Made by a program: the position numbers and the translations under genes. DNA of 63,990 nt, filler included, from Circinaria calcarea (Eukaryota), in NCBI GenBank assembly GCA_051942165.1. It is 3 parts of 3 records of this genome, joined end to end, with 100 filler letters (N's around TTAATTAATTAA, not from the genome) between each part and the next. Parts side by side here need not be neighbours in the genome. Positions count along the whole stretch, not along the records: positions 23,714 to 47,198 come from JAVECS010000119.1; positions 47,299 to 63,990 come from JAVECS010000306.1; 1 more part is not named here. One strand, 5' to 3'. The notes under the pieces are model-generated. The model was not told where the DNA came from. It saw only the letters and a program-made list of their open reading frames with translations, and did not search any database. Positions 40,101 through 54,035 of the stretch are shown one piece after another. The number at the start of each line of letters is the position of its first letter. The stretch's first letter is position 1.

Positions 40101-40788
40101 ATTGAGCGAGGCATTCGATGTCTAAGGGAGGCACTGGGAATTGCGACTCAAGAGGGGTTTTGGCTAGGGCTATTGAAGCTGTTTGGGAACCTCTTTGTTC
40201 TCAGGTTTGCATTTAGCGTAATGATCCTATTTCCACTAGAAGAGGGCGCTCCGTAAGGCACCGTGACATGCTGTGTGAATAAAGGAAGCGGAGGAGTGGC
40301 ACTTGTCTAAGATCAAGGGCCACCGAGAAAGGGAACAGCGACTATCGGAATGGATAATTGCACTAGGCTCTGTAACATATCTCGCAAACACATATGGGCC
40401 CAGGTAGAGTAGTGATACGTGGATCATAAATCCTGTGGCTGAGAACCTAGACTCAGATATTGTGTCTTATGCACATGTTCCCCATTCCAATTAAGTACAT
40501 CATATTAGAGATCTCTATCTGGAACTAAATCCTACTAGCTGCATTCGAAAGACCTCGATTGCTTAAGGATTGCTGCGTATCGTACATCGCGCTAGTCTGT
40601 CCCGTAAAGACAGCTTCACATCTGATCTAGGTTTCCCCAACTTAGTATATGGGTATCAATCGAGTAAGGGAAGAGAGGTGACTAACCGCAAGTGATAGCT
40701 TTGTACCTACTCCCGACTTGAGTGAGCCGCCGAAACTCATTTGGCCCCGGAGAAAGTGGAAGAACATTGGATGCGATCATTCAAACAT

Positions 40789-42777
40789 CTATATCCCAAA
40801 GTAGCTGATACCCAACGCTATCGTGATCCCCACTGAAAACTTTATGACACTCATCTTCAGCCTCGAGGAGTGATTAATTCCCCAGAATACTCCGGGTGTG
40901 TTGCACTGTGGGTAATCCCTGTCCTCGATGCTACCGATGCTACCGTAATTATATTCCAGACCAAACCGTTCCAATGGACAAGCAAACTGCAGGGATGCAG
41001 GGCAGTTTTGTACGAGCCCGTAACACAGTTCTTTGCAAGGCAAAACCTCCATATATGGCCCTGGTTTGATAACTTCATCAATCAAACGATTCCGAGAGGA
41101 GTTTGTGTGCGTTCTTAATCTGTTCTTAGCGCTACCTTGTAAATCCCCGACTAGAAGCGTGCCATTAGTAAAATTTTGAGCGATATTACGGGGTTGAAGG
41201 TGTTGCTTGGGAGAGGAAAAGTCCGCACAACGAGGAATCGTAACAGCGCATAGCCACCGCTTGTACGCTTGGGCACAATCGTCGCAAGTCACAGCAAGTG
41301 AGTATTGAGCAGACGAAGTTGTGTTGCAGGGTACTTGCTCGAGGGAATAGTTGAAATTCAGAGAGAGCTTCAAAGCATTGTCATCGTAGAATTTGGCAAG
41401 GCTACTCGAATTGCTGAAATTCTCGTTGCTGGGATTGGACGGGACCGCATACATGGTGTCGTTACAGAAAGTTAGATTGTATATCAGCTGACAGTTGCCG
41501 TCTAACAGAAATTAGTAACGCCCAAGCTGCTTACGAAGAACTGTGTACATACCACTTTTTGTATTGAAGGAAATGTACTTCGACACGTTACCGCCACCAT
41601 TGATGTTGCCCGGTCCAGGTTTGAGATTTTCTGTAACCTGCATTGCGTAGTACTTTGAACTCCGATTGAGGTTTTTCACATAGTATTGCTGTTTTAGGAA
41701 TCCGCCGCCGGCAAAAGTCATACCAACCTCAACATCTGTGGTATCTAAGCCTTTGATGTTGCCTTTGACTTGGGCGTGATTTCTCAATCCGCAGTAAGAT
41801 CTTGAGATTCCTAGGATGCTGGTATCATTTTGATTGTGCACAAACACGCCGAACCGTGGTCCAGCCGCTAACAATCCCTCCCTCTCGAAGTCGGTTGGAG
41901 TTGAGTTGGTCAGATTATTAGAGACGAACAAGCCAGCGTTGCTATCACTATCGACATAGAAGAGTGTGTTATTCTCCTCATAGGATGCATATGCCGCATT
42001 GATCGAGATCGTCAATTCGTAGTTATATGGACCCTGAAAATTGGAGTCTACAGGTGCAACAACACCAATGTAAACACCGTCCGATGTTGAGTTAGGATGG
42101 TAGGCATATCCATGTTCTGCACGAATTTCGACTTGATTGGCATCCTGTGTGCTCGGATTGGGTCGTTGGTTTTTCGAGCTTTTAGAAACGTAGATTGTTA
42201 ATGGCGGGGGAGGGTTGACAGGATTCGGAACTATCGCAGATGGCTGCTCGCAGACATTCAACGTCAGATAAAACTTTACATCTGTGCTCTGCCTTTTTCT
42301 CAGCTCCATGGCGATATGTCCATTGTCTCCGCTCTCCAAACTGGCCCCTTCATAACGTTTATCTTGATCTGGCGTCCCTGATGACGAGTGTCCATATAAC
42401 TCTTCACTAGAAAATGACCAAAACTGTTGATCCCCTGGTGAGATATCCTTCTTGCCTGGCATATTATTTTCCAATGGATCAATCCGTGAATCCCCCGACG
42501 CCCGTCCGATAATGCTTCGTCCCAATCCTGCAAAAGTGGGCTCATATCCGCGAGCTTTTTCCACTTCGTCCCACCGTACCAAGCCACTGTCCAAAAGATA
42601 TTGCTTCTTGTCCAATATTAAAGGGTGGTTATGATCCCTCTCCTCTATCGAATCCGTGTCGATGGCATAGGCAAAATATGGATTTGAAAACGTAAGGTAT
42701 AAGATGATCAGGACTAAAGAGGCGGTAAACGAGGCCGCAAAACGTGACTGGAGTGGTGTGAACTTGGGGAACTGCAT
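40789..42777 (-). CDS. MID1: Stretch-activated Ca2+ channel subunit Mid1, 2 exons (42777-41553, 41501-40789)
   Basis: 'MQFPKFTPLQSRFAAS', 'SYCGL', 'GNCQLIYNLTFCNDTMYAVPSNP', and a Cys-rich C-terminus 'CDDCAQAYKRWLCAVTIPRC..EVLPCKELCYGLVQNCPASLQFACP'. Confidence 0.93.
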
Positions 42778-43210
42778 CGGTAGTAGTATTGCGAGGATAG
42801 TCCTGCTATCTCCAACAGTTCTTAGAGCCCGAGTTGAGCATAAGCCTTTGCGCGGCTGACGCGTGCGAACCCAACAACAGAGGAATTTTCATAGCAGGCT
42901 AACCATGGATAAAATCGACAGCATGAACGGTCTTGTCGTACCCTAACCAGTATCAAAGAGCTCTGGGAATAAGGGACAAAAAGTCTAAAGCTAAAGGTCA
43001 GCAACAAGATGCGGCGTCAACAGGGCTGAAGTTTAATGGCTAGAATGTCTATCGGGCCGATGGAGTTCCCCGAGCTTCGTGCCCACTAGATGTCGAATAG
43101 CCCAATATTTACCTGTCCAGAGATTCTCTATACTCCTTTTCAAGACTAGGGGCTTAACTGGCTATCAAAGGCATGTTGTATCGGCCTTTTACGGTTTAGC
43201 AAACCGCGGA

Positions 43211-45973
43211 ATGGCGGGCAAACGACTCCTCGATGCCGCCGCTATCCTAAAAGGCTCTCGCGGTGTGGTATCGAAATATATTACACTTCAAGGTCACCAG
43301 TTTGATACATTTAGCAAGACATCCTCTGTTGCTAAAGCTATCAAGCATCAGACTGATAGGATTACTGTTACTTTAAGAGCTGCTTCAGCGCTAAACGAGC
43401 GATTCAACGACCCGTCATCCCACTACTCCACTAAAGCTACAGGTTCTGGAAATTTAAGCCCTGAAACGTCTGAGCTCGAGAAGGATGGTACAGGAGAGGA
43501 AGACTTCAGATCTAAGCAGAAGGAAGGATTGGAACAGGACCATTTCTATACCAGATCTAGCAAGAACAGCACAGCCCAACCTCTTCCTAACGAGAATCTT
43601 GGTGTGAAGCAAGAAACAGCCAAAAGAACCCCACTTCCCGATGGATCTATTCCTCCGGAGGACTCAATCGTCAGCAAGACAGAACAGGATCAAGTAAAAT
43701 ATTCTGAGCCCCAACAAGCGGCACCTGTAAAGGAACCAGTCCGGAATGTAAAACTCGATAAAAAAAGCGAAAAAAACCCTATTTCGTCCGGGAAGAGTGC
43801 TATTCATAAGCCTACAAATCCGACCAACTCCCTACCTCCTCAAAAGGCCAGGGAAGTACAACGCCAGGCGGAATCACAGATCCCCTCTCAATCTGCCGAA
43901 CCTCCAACTTCAGATAGTTTACGTCCAGATAGCACAGCAGCGGCTTTAGGTGCAGATCAAGTGAAAGACGTATACTATACCGCATCATCTACCTCGGGTC
44001 CCGCCCTCTCGTCTCTGCCTCGTGTCAAAATCCCGAAAGTCACTGAAGATGCTCAAGAAATCGACGAGCATGTCGCACAAGCTATCAACCAAGATGTCTA
44101 CTATACGCCGGGACACAAAGGACCCGGTCACACTCTTCCTATAGCGCAAGCTATTCCTGAACAAGATTCCCCATCTGAAGACACGTATTCAGAAATCTTC
44201 CAAAGTCCAAGGGTCGCGAGGCTCCTCAGCGGCAAAAAACAATATGCAAGGATCTCTGATGGTTTGAAAATGCAAGGGCCTCCGCAACTTACCGCCAATC
44301 AAACAAAATCTCCCAAAGACGTCGATCAGAATAGCTACAGCACTCGTCAAGCGGGTACTTCGGACTTGGACACAATTAAAAAAATACCCGCCATAGAGAA
44401 CGCATCCTTGGATTGTGGACAAGGAAAGGAGCACGACTTGGCCGCTGATACGACAAAAGACAACAAGCCTGGTACTCCCAACGAATCTAAGGTGTGTCAC
44501 ATCGATGTCTCATATTGAATGTCGATACTGATCGACTGACAGAAAACCCGGTAGATCCTAGAAGATGTTGCTGCAGGAACTATCAAATCTCCATACCAAA
44601 TGCATGAGTCACGTGTACCATCATCTCGATTTGGCAGGCTCTGGCAGTATGGGGGTCTTGCAACTTCTATGGCATTTGGCGCAGTGGGTGAGAGCTTTCG
44701 TCGTGCTACTGGTACTAGTGGTGGTGACGGGGGCTCTTTGGCTCTCAGTGCAGCCAATATGGAGCGGCTAGTAGCAAAGCTATCTCGTATGCGTGGAGCT
44801 GCGCTGAAATTAGGTCAGATGATGAGCTTTCAAGGTTTGTCGTGTGAGGTCTCTTTTATCTTAAATATTAATGAAATCCTAGACACAAAGATGCTTCCTA
44901 CTCAGATTCACGAAGTACTTCAACGTGTTCAAGACAGTGCAGACTACATGCCAGCATCCCAACGTAATAAAGTTCTCTCAAACAATCTTGGATTGGAGTG
45001 GCGGGATCTCTTTGAGACTTTTGATGAGATGCCAATGGCTGCTGCATCTATTGGTCAGGTACACGGGGCTATCCTCAAGTCCACTGGTCAACGAGTGGCC
45101 GTCAAAGTACAGTACCCCGGGGTTGCCAATTCAATCGACTCTGATCTGAACAACCTTTCCCTCCTCTTAACTGCATCACGTCTTTTACCTAGAGGTCTCT
45201 ACCTCGAAAAGACTATTGCCAATGCCCGTACCGAACTTGCATGGGAATGTGATTATGTGAGGGAAGCGCAAGCCTGCAAGAAATTCCGAGACCTTTTGCA
45301 AGATGAGAAAGACATATTCGTTGTCCCTGCCATTATAGACGAAGCCTCCGGGCCTCAAGTCCTTACAATGGAGCGTATGGAAGGTGTAGGCGTGACCAAA
45401 GTGCACAACTTCACCCAAGACCAGAAAGACTGGATTGGAACCCAGATTCTCCGTCTTTGTCTACGAGAGATTACTGAGTTCAAGTACATGCAAACAGATC
45501 CGAATTGGACGAACTTCCTCTACAATTCTGGCACACAGAAACTAGAGCTCCTCGATTTTGGAGCCTCAAGGGAGTACCCCGACATGTTCATCAAGCCATA
45601 TGTTCGAGTGTTACTCGCCGCTTCACGCAATGACCGGGACGCCTGCCGTGAGTTGTCTATTCAGCTAGGGTACCTGACAGGATACGAGTCACAAACTATG
45701 CTGAGTGCACATATCTCGTCCATGCTCACTCTGGCTGAACCATTCCGAGACAGTTCCCCAGATGTGTATGATTTTCAGGATCAAACCATCACCGAACGAG
45801 TGAAGGGACTGATTCCGGTGATGATTAGAGAGAGGTTGTCGCCACCACCAGAAGAAACATACAGTTTGCATCGCAAACTCAGCGGGGCGTTCCTATTGTG
45901 TGCTCGGTTAGGAAGTAGGGTTAGGTGCAAGGAGATGTTTGCGGCTGCCATGGAAAAGGCTGGGGTATCTTGA
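43211..45973 (+). CDS. COQ8: ABC1/UbiB atypical kinase Coq8, 3 exons (43211-44491, 44555-44834, 44883-45973)
   Basis: '[13 protein letters not shown]', 'AAASIGQVH', '[18 protein letters not shown]', '[10 protein letters not shown]', 'LLDFGASR', '[14 protein letters not shown]'. Confidence 0.95.
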
Positions 45974-46136
45974 GCTTACGGTTTCGATGCATCTGCTCAG
46001 TGTATATATTATATCAGAACAGTAGAATCCAACGTTGACTGAGTCTGTTCTGGTTCTAGTTTGGGTAGATATCCGAACCCCATGCCAAGGCGCACTAGCT
46101 GCTTCATGAGTAGTTGAGACCTGTAAACATGCATCA

Positions 46137-47144
46137 ATGAGTGCCTCCCCTAGCGAGCAAGAACTCAAAGATGAGGTCGATCGTCTTGAGCGCCAGCTCG
46201 CGGCTGCTCGATCCAGGCTGAAGCAGCCTGCTTCTGTTCCTGCAGCACTTCCCAACATCGATCATGGTACCTACCAATCCCTCGCCATCATATCTACCAG
46301 ACCTCAGACTAATACAGACAACCTAGCACCCCCCATCCAACCTTCCACCCTTCACGCCCTCCTCCTCCTTTCCGACTCCGCCCTCCCCCTCGGCTCCTTT
46401 GCCTTCTCCAGTGGTCTCGAATCCTACCTTGCTCACCACAAGCCCCTGCCCCCCACCAGCACCCCACTCCAATCCTTCCACCGCTTCCTGCACCTCTCCC
46501 TCGCATCCGTCGCCGGCATCTCGATCCCCTACATCCGCGCCGCGTACGCCAATCCCCAGCAGCTCGAGACGCTAGATGACGAGCTCGATGCGTCGACGTT
46601 GTGTACCGTGACCCGCCGGGCCAGTGTCGCGCAGGGGAGGGCGCTGCTGGGGGTTTGGGAGCGAGCCCTACGGCCTTCGGGTCCTTCTTCTCCCTACTCT
46701 GTTGCCACCTCTCCTGCCACCGACACGGAAAGTACACATGCAGCAGCTGCAGCAGCAGCCACGAAGGCCCTGACCGCCTTCTCCACCTCCTTCAAGGTCC
46801 CTTCCTCCCAACCCCAGAACACCGACACCCTCCCTCCAACCGGCCACTTCGCTCCCCTCTGGTCCCTCGTTTGCCTCTCGCTCGGCATCCCCCTGGCCCA
46901 AACCGCCTACGTCTTCCTCTTCAACCACGCCAAGGCCGTCCTTAGCGCCGCCGTCCGCGCCGCCGTCATGGGCCCTTATCAGGCCCAGTCTGTCCTGGCG
47001 AGCGCCTGGTTACAGGCGGAGATCCATGCTGCGTTGGAGGGGAATTGGGAGGTCGGCACGGAGGAGGCGGGCCAGTGTGTGCCGGTGATGGAGCTTTGGG
47101 GGGGCAGGCATGAGTTGCTCTATTCGCGGATTTTTAATTCGTAA
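46137..47144 (+). CDS. ureF: Urease accessory protein UreF (probable in-frame intron 46267-46326)
   Basis: 'LLLLSDSALPLGSFAFSSGLES', 'ASVAQGRALL', 'GHFAPLW', and C-terminal 'GRHELLYSRIFNS'. Confidence 0.93.
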   Translation: MSASPSEQELKDEVDRLERQLAAARSRLKQPASVPAALPNIDHGTYQSLAIISTRPQTNTDNLAPPIQPSTLHALLLLSDSALPLGSFAFSSGLESYLAHHKPLPPTSTPLQSFHRFLHLSLASVAGISIPYIRAAYANPQQLETLDDELDASTLCTVTRRASVAQGRALLGVWERALRPSGPSSPYSVATSPATDTESTHAAAAAAATKALTAFSTSFKVPSSQPQNTDTLPPTGHFAPLWSLVCLSLGIPLAQTAYVFLFNHAKAVLSAAVRAAVMGPYQAQSVLASAWLQAEIHAALEGNWEVGTEEAGQCVPVMELWGGRHELLYSRIFNS

Positions 47145-47198
47145 AGGGGGAGTGAGAAGGATGGGAACTGGTTCCTTTTGGGAAGGGGGGTTTAGGGG

Positions 47199-47298
47199 NN
47201 NNNNNNNNNNNNNNNNNNNNNNNNNNNNNNNNNNNNNNNNNNTTAATTAATTAANNNNNNNNNNNNNNNNNNNNNNNNNNNNNNNNNNNNNNNNNNNN
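47199..47298. other. Assembly gap with artificial six-frame-stop linker
   Basis: N44 + TTAATTAATTAA + N44. Confidence 0.97.
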
Positions 47299-47585
47299 GG
47301 GAAGCAGGGGAGGGGAAGGGAGGGATAAATGATTTACCTTTGTACCTGAACACGGGGGCGCATCCGATCACTAGGGTTTTGGCTTTCAGGGGTCCTCGCT
47401 TTTATGGGGGAAAATAATCAGTTTGGGGGAGGCAGGGGAAGCGAAGCGAAGCGCGAGGCGAAAGGCGGGTGTGTGTGTACATGCAACGGAAAAGGGAAAA
47501 GAGAGGGGGAAAAGGAGGATCATATCCTATCTCTTTGCTTTTTCCTTTATCGTTTATCGTTTATCATTGTATGGGTACCCTGTTC

Positions 47586-47800
47586 CAATCAAAATCAAAA
47601 TCAAAATCAAAATCAAAATCTGCCGCAAAGTACGGAGGGAGGGAGGGAGGGAGGGAGAGAGGGAAGGAGAAAGGGGGATTTGTATCTTTAGAGAAAATGT
47701 ATAGAAGATATAACTAACATCTGTGCCCTTTCTAACGAAATATGGGGAAAGAGACCCCCCAAACCCCCTTTCCCAACCAAGCAAACAAGCAAGCAAGCAA
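47586..47800. repeat. Microsatellite cluster (CAAAAT)n, (GGGA)n, (CAAG)n
   Basis: Tandem units seen at ~47586-47620, ~47634-47655 and ~47778-47800. Confidence 0.9.
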
Positions 47801-48177
47801 GATTTTCAGATTTCAGAATTCAAAACCATGGCCATGGCACGAAACCTCAACGCAAAAGAATGCATGGTATGGTGCACTCTATATTTTGTTCTAAGATTAA
47901 TCGGATTTAATTCGAATAAAGCTTCAGGCGGGGGTTCATGGGGGGTATGGGTATATTACATGCTTCGGATCTGAAAAACTCCCCTTTGACTGGTTGCTTG
48001 CTGCTTTTGGAAAAAAACAGGGGATTGTACCCCGAAACGAACAGGTGCGGCCCACGAACGAACGCCCTTGACTATGCATTTGTTTTCCCCACGGACGCCT
48101 TCGCTCAAGGCAGGACAGAACACCTCACCCACACCCACGCTTTACCCTTAGCAAATGCAAATAATAAACAGCATAAA

Positions 48178-51100
48178 TCACCCCTTCGGTTGCCCTGCTC
48201 CCCCTAAGCGCGCACCTGCTCCCTTGAGATTCAACTTTAACGTCAACTTCGGCCTTGCCTCATCTAGCGGCGCTGTAGACCGCTGTGAAGGTGGCGGCAT
48301 AGCCCCGGTTGACGCCTGCCGCTGCGCGCCTTGGCTTCCAGGCTTCTTTGGCGGTTTCAGTAAGGTTCTAGTTGGTGCTGGGGCAGTAGACGTGAAGCTC
48401 GAATTGCTGCCTTGGCGTTTTAGAGTCGGGGATTGTGTGCGGGGTTTCTTGACAGCAGGGATCCATTTGGGAGGAAGAAGGCTTGTGCGAATGCGGGACG
48501 TCGTTTTGAAGTTTACCATATAGCTGTGTGTTCTGTCTTTGAAGGATGAAGGTGAGGGCAAGGGCTGCTGGAAGGGTTGATTTCACGTTAGTACCCAAAT
48601 CGGGGTGCTAGTCTGGCAAGGGACAATGTCGCTTACCTTGCCGTAACTAATAAATCTTCGATATCGAGGATACTTTAGGACAACCAACATGCTTGTTTCC
48701 GGTGTGTAAAGGAGACTGCAGATTTCCAGGAGCTCGCCAATTTCTCGGATAGTCAGTATCGGCGATCGGATTACCTCCCATAATGCAGTCTTCAGTACCG
48801 CGTTCTCTCCAAGCTCGAGTTTCAAGGCAGCCAACGCGCCAGGGATAGTTTGCTTCCGTGCGAGATTGGCTTGTCGGGCATCTGTTAATGACTCTTGTTC
48901 TATGATGAGTCCGTCCTGTGGTTGTGCAGAACCGTGAGCGGTGGAAGTACTCTCTCCAATAGCAATCGAACCGAGGAATTTCCCAAAAAGTCGAAGCATT
49001 TGTTCCCGAATGTAGGGAGAAGGGTCAGTACTTAGAACGCATAGGAACCAGCGGAGTAGAGAGTTATTTCTAACCATACCAAGCTCCATGAGATTGTTGA
49101 ATGCACTAATACGCAGCTCTTCATAACAACCATCACGAGTATACTGGAGGAACTCCGTTGGGTTGATTAGGCTCATGCTTGCTTTGGCAATTTTCCTCTT
49201 ACAGTCAAGACCAGTAATGGAAAGGACATTGTGATAGGAAGGTATCCACTGGTCTAACCGCCGGTATCGATCTATTTCCTCAAGGCACGCATTGAAGAAT
49301 CGAAGGTCGTCCCCTTCGAGTCCGTCCGCGTCAAGCATGTCGATGTCTTGATTGGCTTTCGAGGCGAGAGCATCGGCTAAACCATTCATGAGAATGGCAA
49401 GGTAGTGACAATCGGAAAACTAATACCCGTTAGTCAGGCGAATGATGAAGGAACCGTTGCTGAGCTCACCTCATTGTTGGAGTTATCATTGTATCTCAAT
49501 TTCTCAAAAAGAAAATTGCGGACTCTGAAAGGCGCTTTACCACTATTATCTCGTACTTTCGAAATGGCTTCTGGGATTGCCTTCTGAATGCAGTAAGAAG
49601 CACGATCCGAGAAATCGTTGGATCGCGTTATTGGGGAGTCCGGGAAACAAAAATATTCCTGAAAGGCCTTTTCCAAGTGAAACAGACCCAGCCAGTCTAT
49701 CTCATCTTTCGCATGTTTGCTAAGTGCTGCCGCGGCTGCAGTACGTACGCCATGGAAATATCGGCCGTCAACTAGAGTGCGTACAAGTATGGTGGACACA
49801 AGACGGTGCTCCCGTTGCGCAGCCATATATTGGATAGACTTGAAGCAGTTAGCGTTAGCATTGATTAGCGCATCTCTAGATATCACATCACCTCCAACTG
49901 AGCGACAACATCCCTATCTTGCTGTAGTTGCGATTGGTACATGTACCCAGGCATAGCGATGGACATTTTGCAAATCCATTCAAAGTCCGCATCCATACGA
50001 ATCCATTCATAAGATTCTTGGCTCATTCTCTCTTCGTCTTCTTTTCCCCACTCCACCAACCTCCATCTTCGGATTTCTTCTTCCGATTGCAAGACGTCTC
50101 CAAGTGAGTAAAGCAGAACATCGTCGTGCGTGTCGGCAGAATAGTCGATTGCTGAGCTACCAGTAGTTCTCTCCTTCTGCCTACGACTTCGCTTCAGTCG
50201 TTTATATTTCGTATTATAAGGAATGTCGAATTTGGTCATGGCATCTTTGATCTCGACAATATGCTCATAAGGAGTCCCATCTGCTTCATGAATCCGGATG
50301 GTCATTGGTCCCTGTACTCATTAGCGGACATATGGTTAGTTGAAATCAGATGGTTGGTACAGTAAACACAGGCTGTACCAAGCCAGCATAGACAGCGTTC
50401 ATGTCTTCCTTAACGTCACGCATAAACGTATCCTTTTCCAGATCACGATCCATAGGGGTTTCGCCTTGGACCTGCTGTATGAGCATCTCAACAACAAGCT
50501 TCTTCTTATTGAACCGTTGGGTAACGCGGAAACGTGGACATCCAGCCTCAAAAACCCATTGTCTGAAGAAAGTATCTAGCTTGGCGTGTCCAAGCTTCTC
50601 ACAAGTCTTCATGAAGTAGGGGGTAGTAATCGCGCTGTTTGCCAGTTCGCCTACTTTGGCGTTGAGGAATACTCTTGAGATAATGCGGGACAGTCCTGAA
50701 GAGCCACTGGCTTTTGCAAGACGTCTATCAAGGATGAAGAGCACAAGGGGCGCTTTAATAGCAATAAATTCCATTTGAGAAGAGTCAAGATGGGTCAAAC
50801 TTCCAGTATCGTAAATTGATGGACGAGCAACATCTGCTTCACACACTCTATCTGCAGCCTTTTTCTGCTGGAAGCGGTACTCATTATTGCCAGAAAGCTT
50901 TTTCATAAACATATCTGTGATGAAATAAGCTATTCCAACAACGGCCCAAGTATCTGCTGGCTCCTTCGATACAATATTTACACCCATCCACTGGGAAGCC
51001 AAAGCATGGACCAGCTGACGGGTAACTTGATCCAGAGGCTCAATGATATCCTCTGGAAACAATAATCGATTACTGCACATCGTCAACGAGGCTGTGTCAA

Positions 51101-52402
51101 CACAATCTGGGATCATCTCATCCACGAAGCATATTTTGTAGCTGGAGAAAGGGTAGGATCCGTAAGTCAGCGTAAAAAAGTCTATAGCCTTTACAACAAT
51201 CAGCGAACACGAAGATGAAGTCAAAAGCGTTCCAATACCTTGGCCATTGGGAGGCATGTGTTTTTTAGATCATTAATCCTCCCAGGTAGACAAAATCCAT
51301 GTACCGGAACAGCATTCTGCCCAAGCTTTTCGTCCTCATCAAGCTCACGAAACTCCGCAAGATTGGCATGTTCGAAGGGCCCAATTGCGAAGCCAATGTG
51401 CCGTGCTGCTACTGCAGTAGTGCAAATGAAAGATGTGGTTTTCTTTCTTGGATCGAGAGAATCTGTAATCTATTAAAGTCAACCAATGCACCTGTCTGCT
51501 TTCAATGGCTTCATTACTTCGTCTGTCATGTTTCCAGAGCAAACGATTACAAGGTCCATAGCTTGATCTTCGTTGTTAAACTTTGATAAACCATCTTCCA
51601 CTTCAGCTTCGTTATGATCACCGTTTACCCCATTACCAACAACAGCGTCTTTACGTTCTGTATACTTCAATGCATCCCCAATAGTTCGAGCACATTTGAT
51701 TGAGACTTCCCATGTACAGCGGGAGTCAATAACGTCGAGGCAGGGGAAGAGGCAAGAGGCGGCAGATGGCGAGGAATTTTGCGTGTACGCGTGTGGATAT
51801 CGAAGATCACCCTCCTCCCAGCCAACGAAATGCAGACCATCCCGAATATCTTCAATGGTGAACTCGACACGGAAGATGATGGGAGTGAATCGGACAACCT
51901 GCTCGATGGCGGCTTTGGTGTTCTGGGTTAAGTCGATGATGATGGCGTCGTTGGGAATCCCTCTATTACCCTCTGCTGTTTTGACGACCAGTGGACTCTG
52001 AGTATCGGGGGCGAAAGGGTCTAGTTCCCCAATCCTGATGCTCTTTGGTATGTTTACCACCAATTCTGGTTCTGGCCTGACTTTCAACTGGTTTTCTATC
52101 CGCTGTTGAAGTAGATGATACTGATGGACGCCCGCTCGCCAGGGAAGCGTAGACTCTTTGTAAGGATCTGAGTATTCCCAGCTGGTGACTGGCTTGCCAT
52201 TTATGCTGGGACGTAGGATCTGACATTGTCGGCAGTTCAGACGTATGGTTTTGAGATCCGTGGAGTCGGGAATGATTGTAATTTCAGTCCTTCCCGATAA
52301 GCGTCGCTGCGCAAGGTTTAAGTCGAGCTCGACCTTCTGATGGGACACTGAGAATCCAAGTCCAGGAAGGGGGGCCGCGGGGACTTCCACCAAGCCAACC
52401 AT
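48178..52402 (-). CDS. TAF2: TFIID subunit 2 (aminopeptidase-like fold), multi-exon
   Basis: 'HQKVELD', 'LNCRQC', 'CLFPCLD', 'YGSYPFSSY', 'GPMTIRIHEADGTPYEHIVEIK', 'EWIRMDADFEW', 'QDRDVVAQLE', 'RYFHGVR', 'YNDNSNN'. Confidence 0.95.
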
Positions 52403-53136
52403 TCCGATGACTCGAAGCTTTCTAGCCCAGACCGATGTGCAGTGATTCTTAGTCTGCGCACACGGCGCAAAGTTAAAGTATCAGGGAATGAACGCCAGAG
52501 AGAGACGTCGGCGCGCAGGATTGAGATTTAACAGCCGTGGCTTCATCATGCAAGAACACACTTGGTCAAATCCAAGGGTGTACGTGTAATGTGTTCCTCA
52601 TCCACTCCCATAGGTCCTCCTAAATGTCGTGGGTCAATCGGTCGTTGAAATCCCTCGAATGCTTGTCCACAGGTCGGTGCTGGTGGAAATTGAGGTTCTG
52701 GGCTATGAGCGATCTCATTGGTCACTGCAACCTCGCCTGTCGAAGACGTAAGTTTACACCCAACGTGAGGACTTACCAACATCAAACAACGTCTGGAGCA
52801 ACTCACCAATTGGATTTGAAGACGTTCCATATGATGGCCATGATACACATCATGTACTATAATATCGCTTGCGTAAAGTCTCTGGATGTGAAACCTCTCA
52901 TGATTCATATGCAAATCCTGGAGGACTCCAACGCCCCCGGATTTTGCTACAAAGACCTCACAAGGTAATCACTCATGCCCTTTGCTGGAAGCATTTACAG
53001 CATCGATCTCTAGCTGTCTATATCCTGTCATCTTTCCTACCGTTCCTTAATACAGTATCCTAGTCCATTAGTCTTACTTCCAAGCTCCTGACTTGCTCAA
53101 CCTTCAACGCCTTATCTTGTTCGTTTTCAGATCGTT

Positions 53137-53831
53137 ATGGGTTCTTTGTTTGCGAGGAGGCAAGAGGTTATAGAGGCTCATAATCCACACGGTACGTGGT
53201 GGTATTCAAGGGTTCGTATCTAGCATTGGAAGTGGATTACTGTTGCTCACCTTCTTCCTATTAGACTGCATTAGCCATAAGGTGGACTGTCCTGGGCGGG
53301 ATCTTCCTAATAGTAATAGTGTGGTTCATTGGCGGATACTATCATGCGCAGAGGAGGATCAAGAAAGGGCTTCCCCCATTAGCATATCATAGGGTAAGTC
53401 TGCCAACCACTAGAAGCATTATCCGCACGCTGAAGGCAATCAGTGGCTACTGCCACGGTCGCAGCGCAAGCGTCTTGAGTCTTCGCTCCAAAATCAATTC
53501 TCCTTTTACCGAGAGCAGGAAATCAGCGGATATGACATGCGATTGGATTCACCACCTGGTATGTGTCGCCTCATCTGAGTTCAGCCCTTGTATTGAGGCT
53601 GACAATACAGTCTATGATCATAATCAAGTTCCACCACCAATATATCAACCACCGCAAGCGGCATATAAGATAAACTCTGTGCTGGGTTATGATGTGCCTC
53701 CACCAGGCCCACCTCCACAGCCGTCATCGTCAAAGGTGAGACAAGAGAACAGATTCCTCGAGACACCTCCACCAACCGCACGATCAAGTCGTTCAGCTTG
53801 GGCGGGCAGGCTCGACACCTTCATACGATAA
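53137..53831 (+). CDS. Single-pass membrane protein of the RCR (chitin synthesis regulation / Congo red resistance)-like family, 4 exons
   Basis: 'WWYSR|TALAIRWTVLGGIFLIVIVWFIGGYYHAQRRIKKGLPPLAYHR|WL', followed by a Pro-rich tail with PPxY-like 'PPPIYQPP'. Confidence 0.75.
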
Positions 53832-54035
53832 TACCCTTGCTGGTGGATTGACTGGATTCGATTGTAGGGAGGAGCTCTGGGCGCATACCGGACACAGTTG
53901 GATATAAACTTTACATGCAGATCTCCTGTCAACAGAGCCATAGCTGAATCCTTTATCTCTAGCTTGCGTAGGGTAGAGTAACATACAGACTTTATTACAC
54001 CATTGAGGGTAGTTCATGCATTGCGCCTCAGAAAG

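Noticed and set aside
37250..40700. ORFs of 60-160 aa upstream of steA (e.g. 38354-38818, 37250-37732)
   Set aside because: No recognisable motifs or splice-consistent model; consistent with the long regulatory/5'UTR region of a transcription factor gene.
43211..44491. Long low-complexity N-terminal region of COQ8 as a separate or fused novel gene
   Set aside because: It splices in frame to the kinase exon, and long N-terminal extensions are usual in filamentous-fungal Coq8.
46309..48523. Many overlapping short ORFs around ureF and the second gap
   Set aside because: Shadow ORFs of GC-rich coding sequence and microsatellites.
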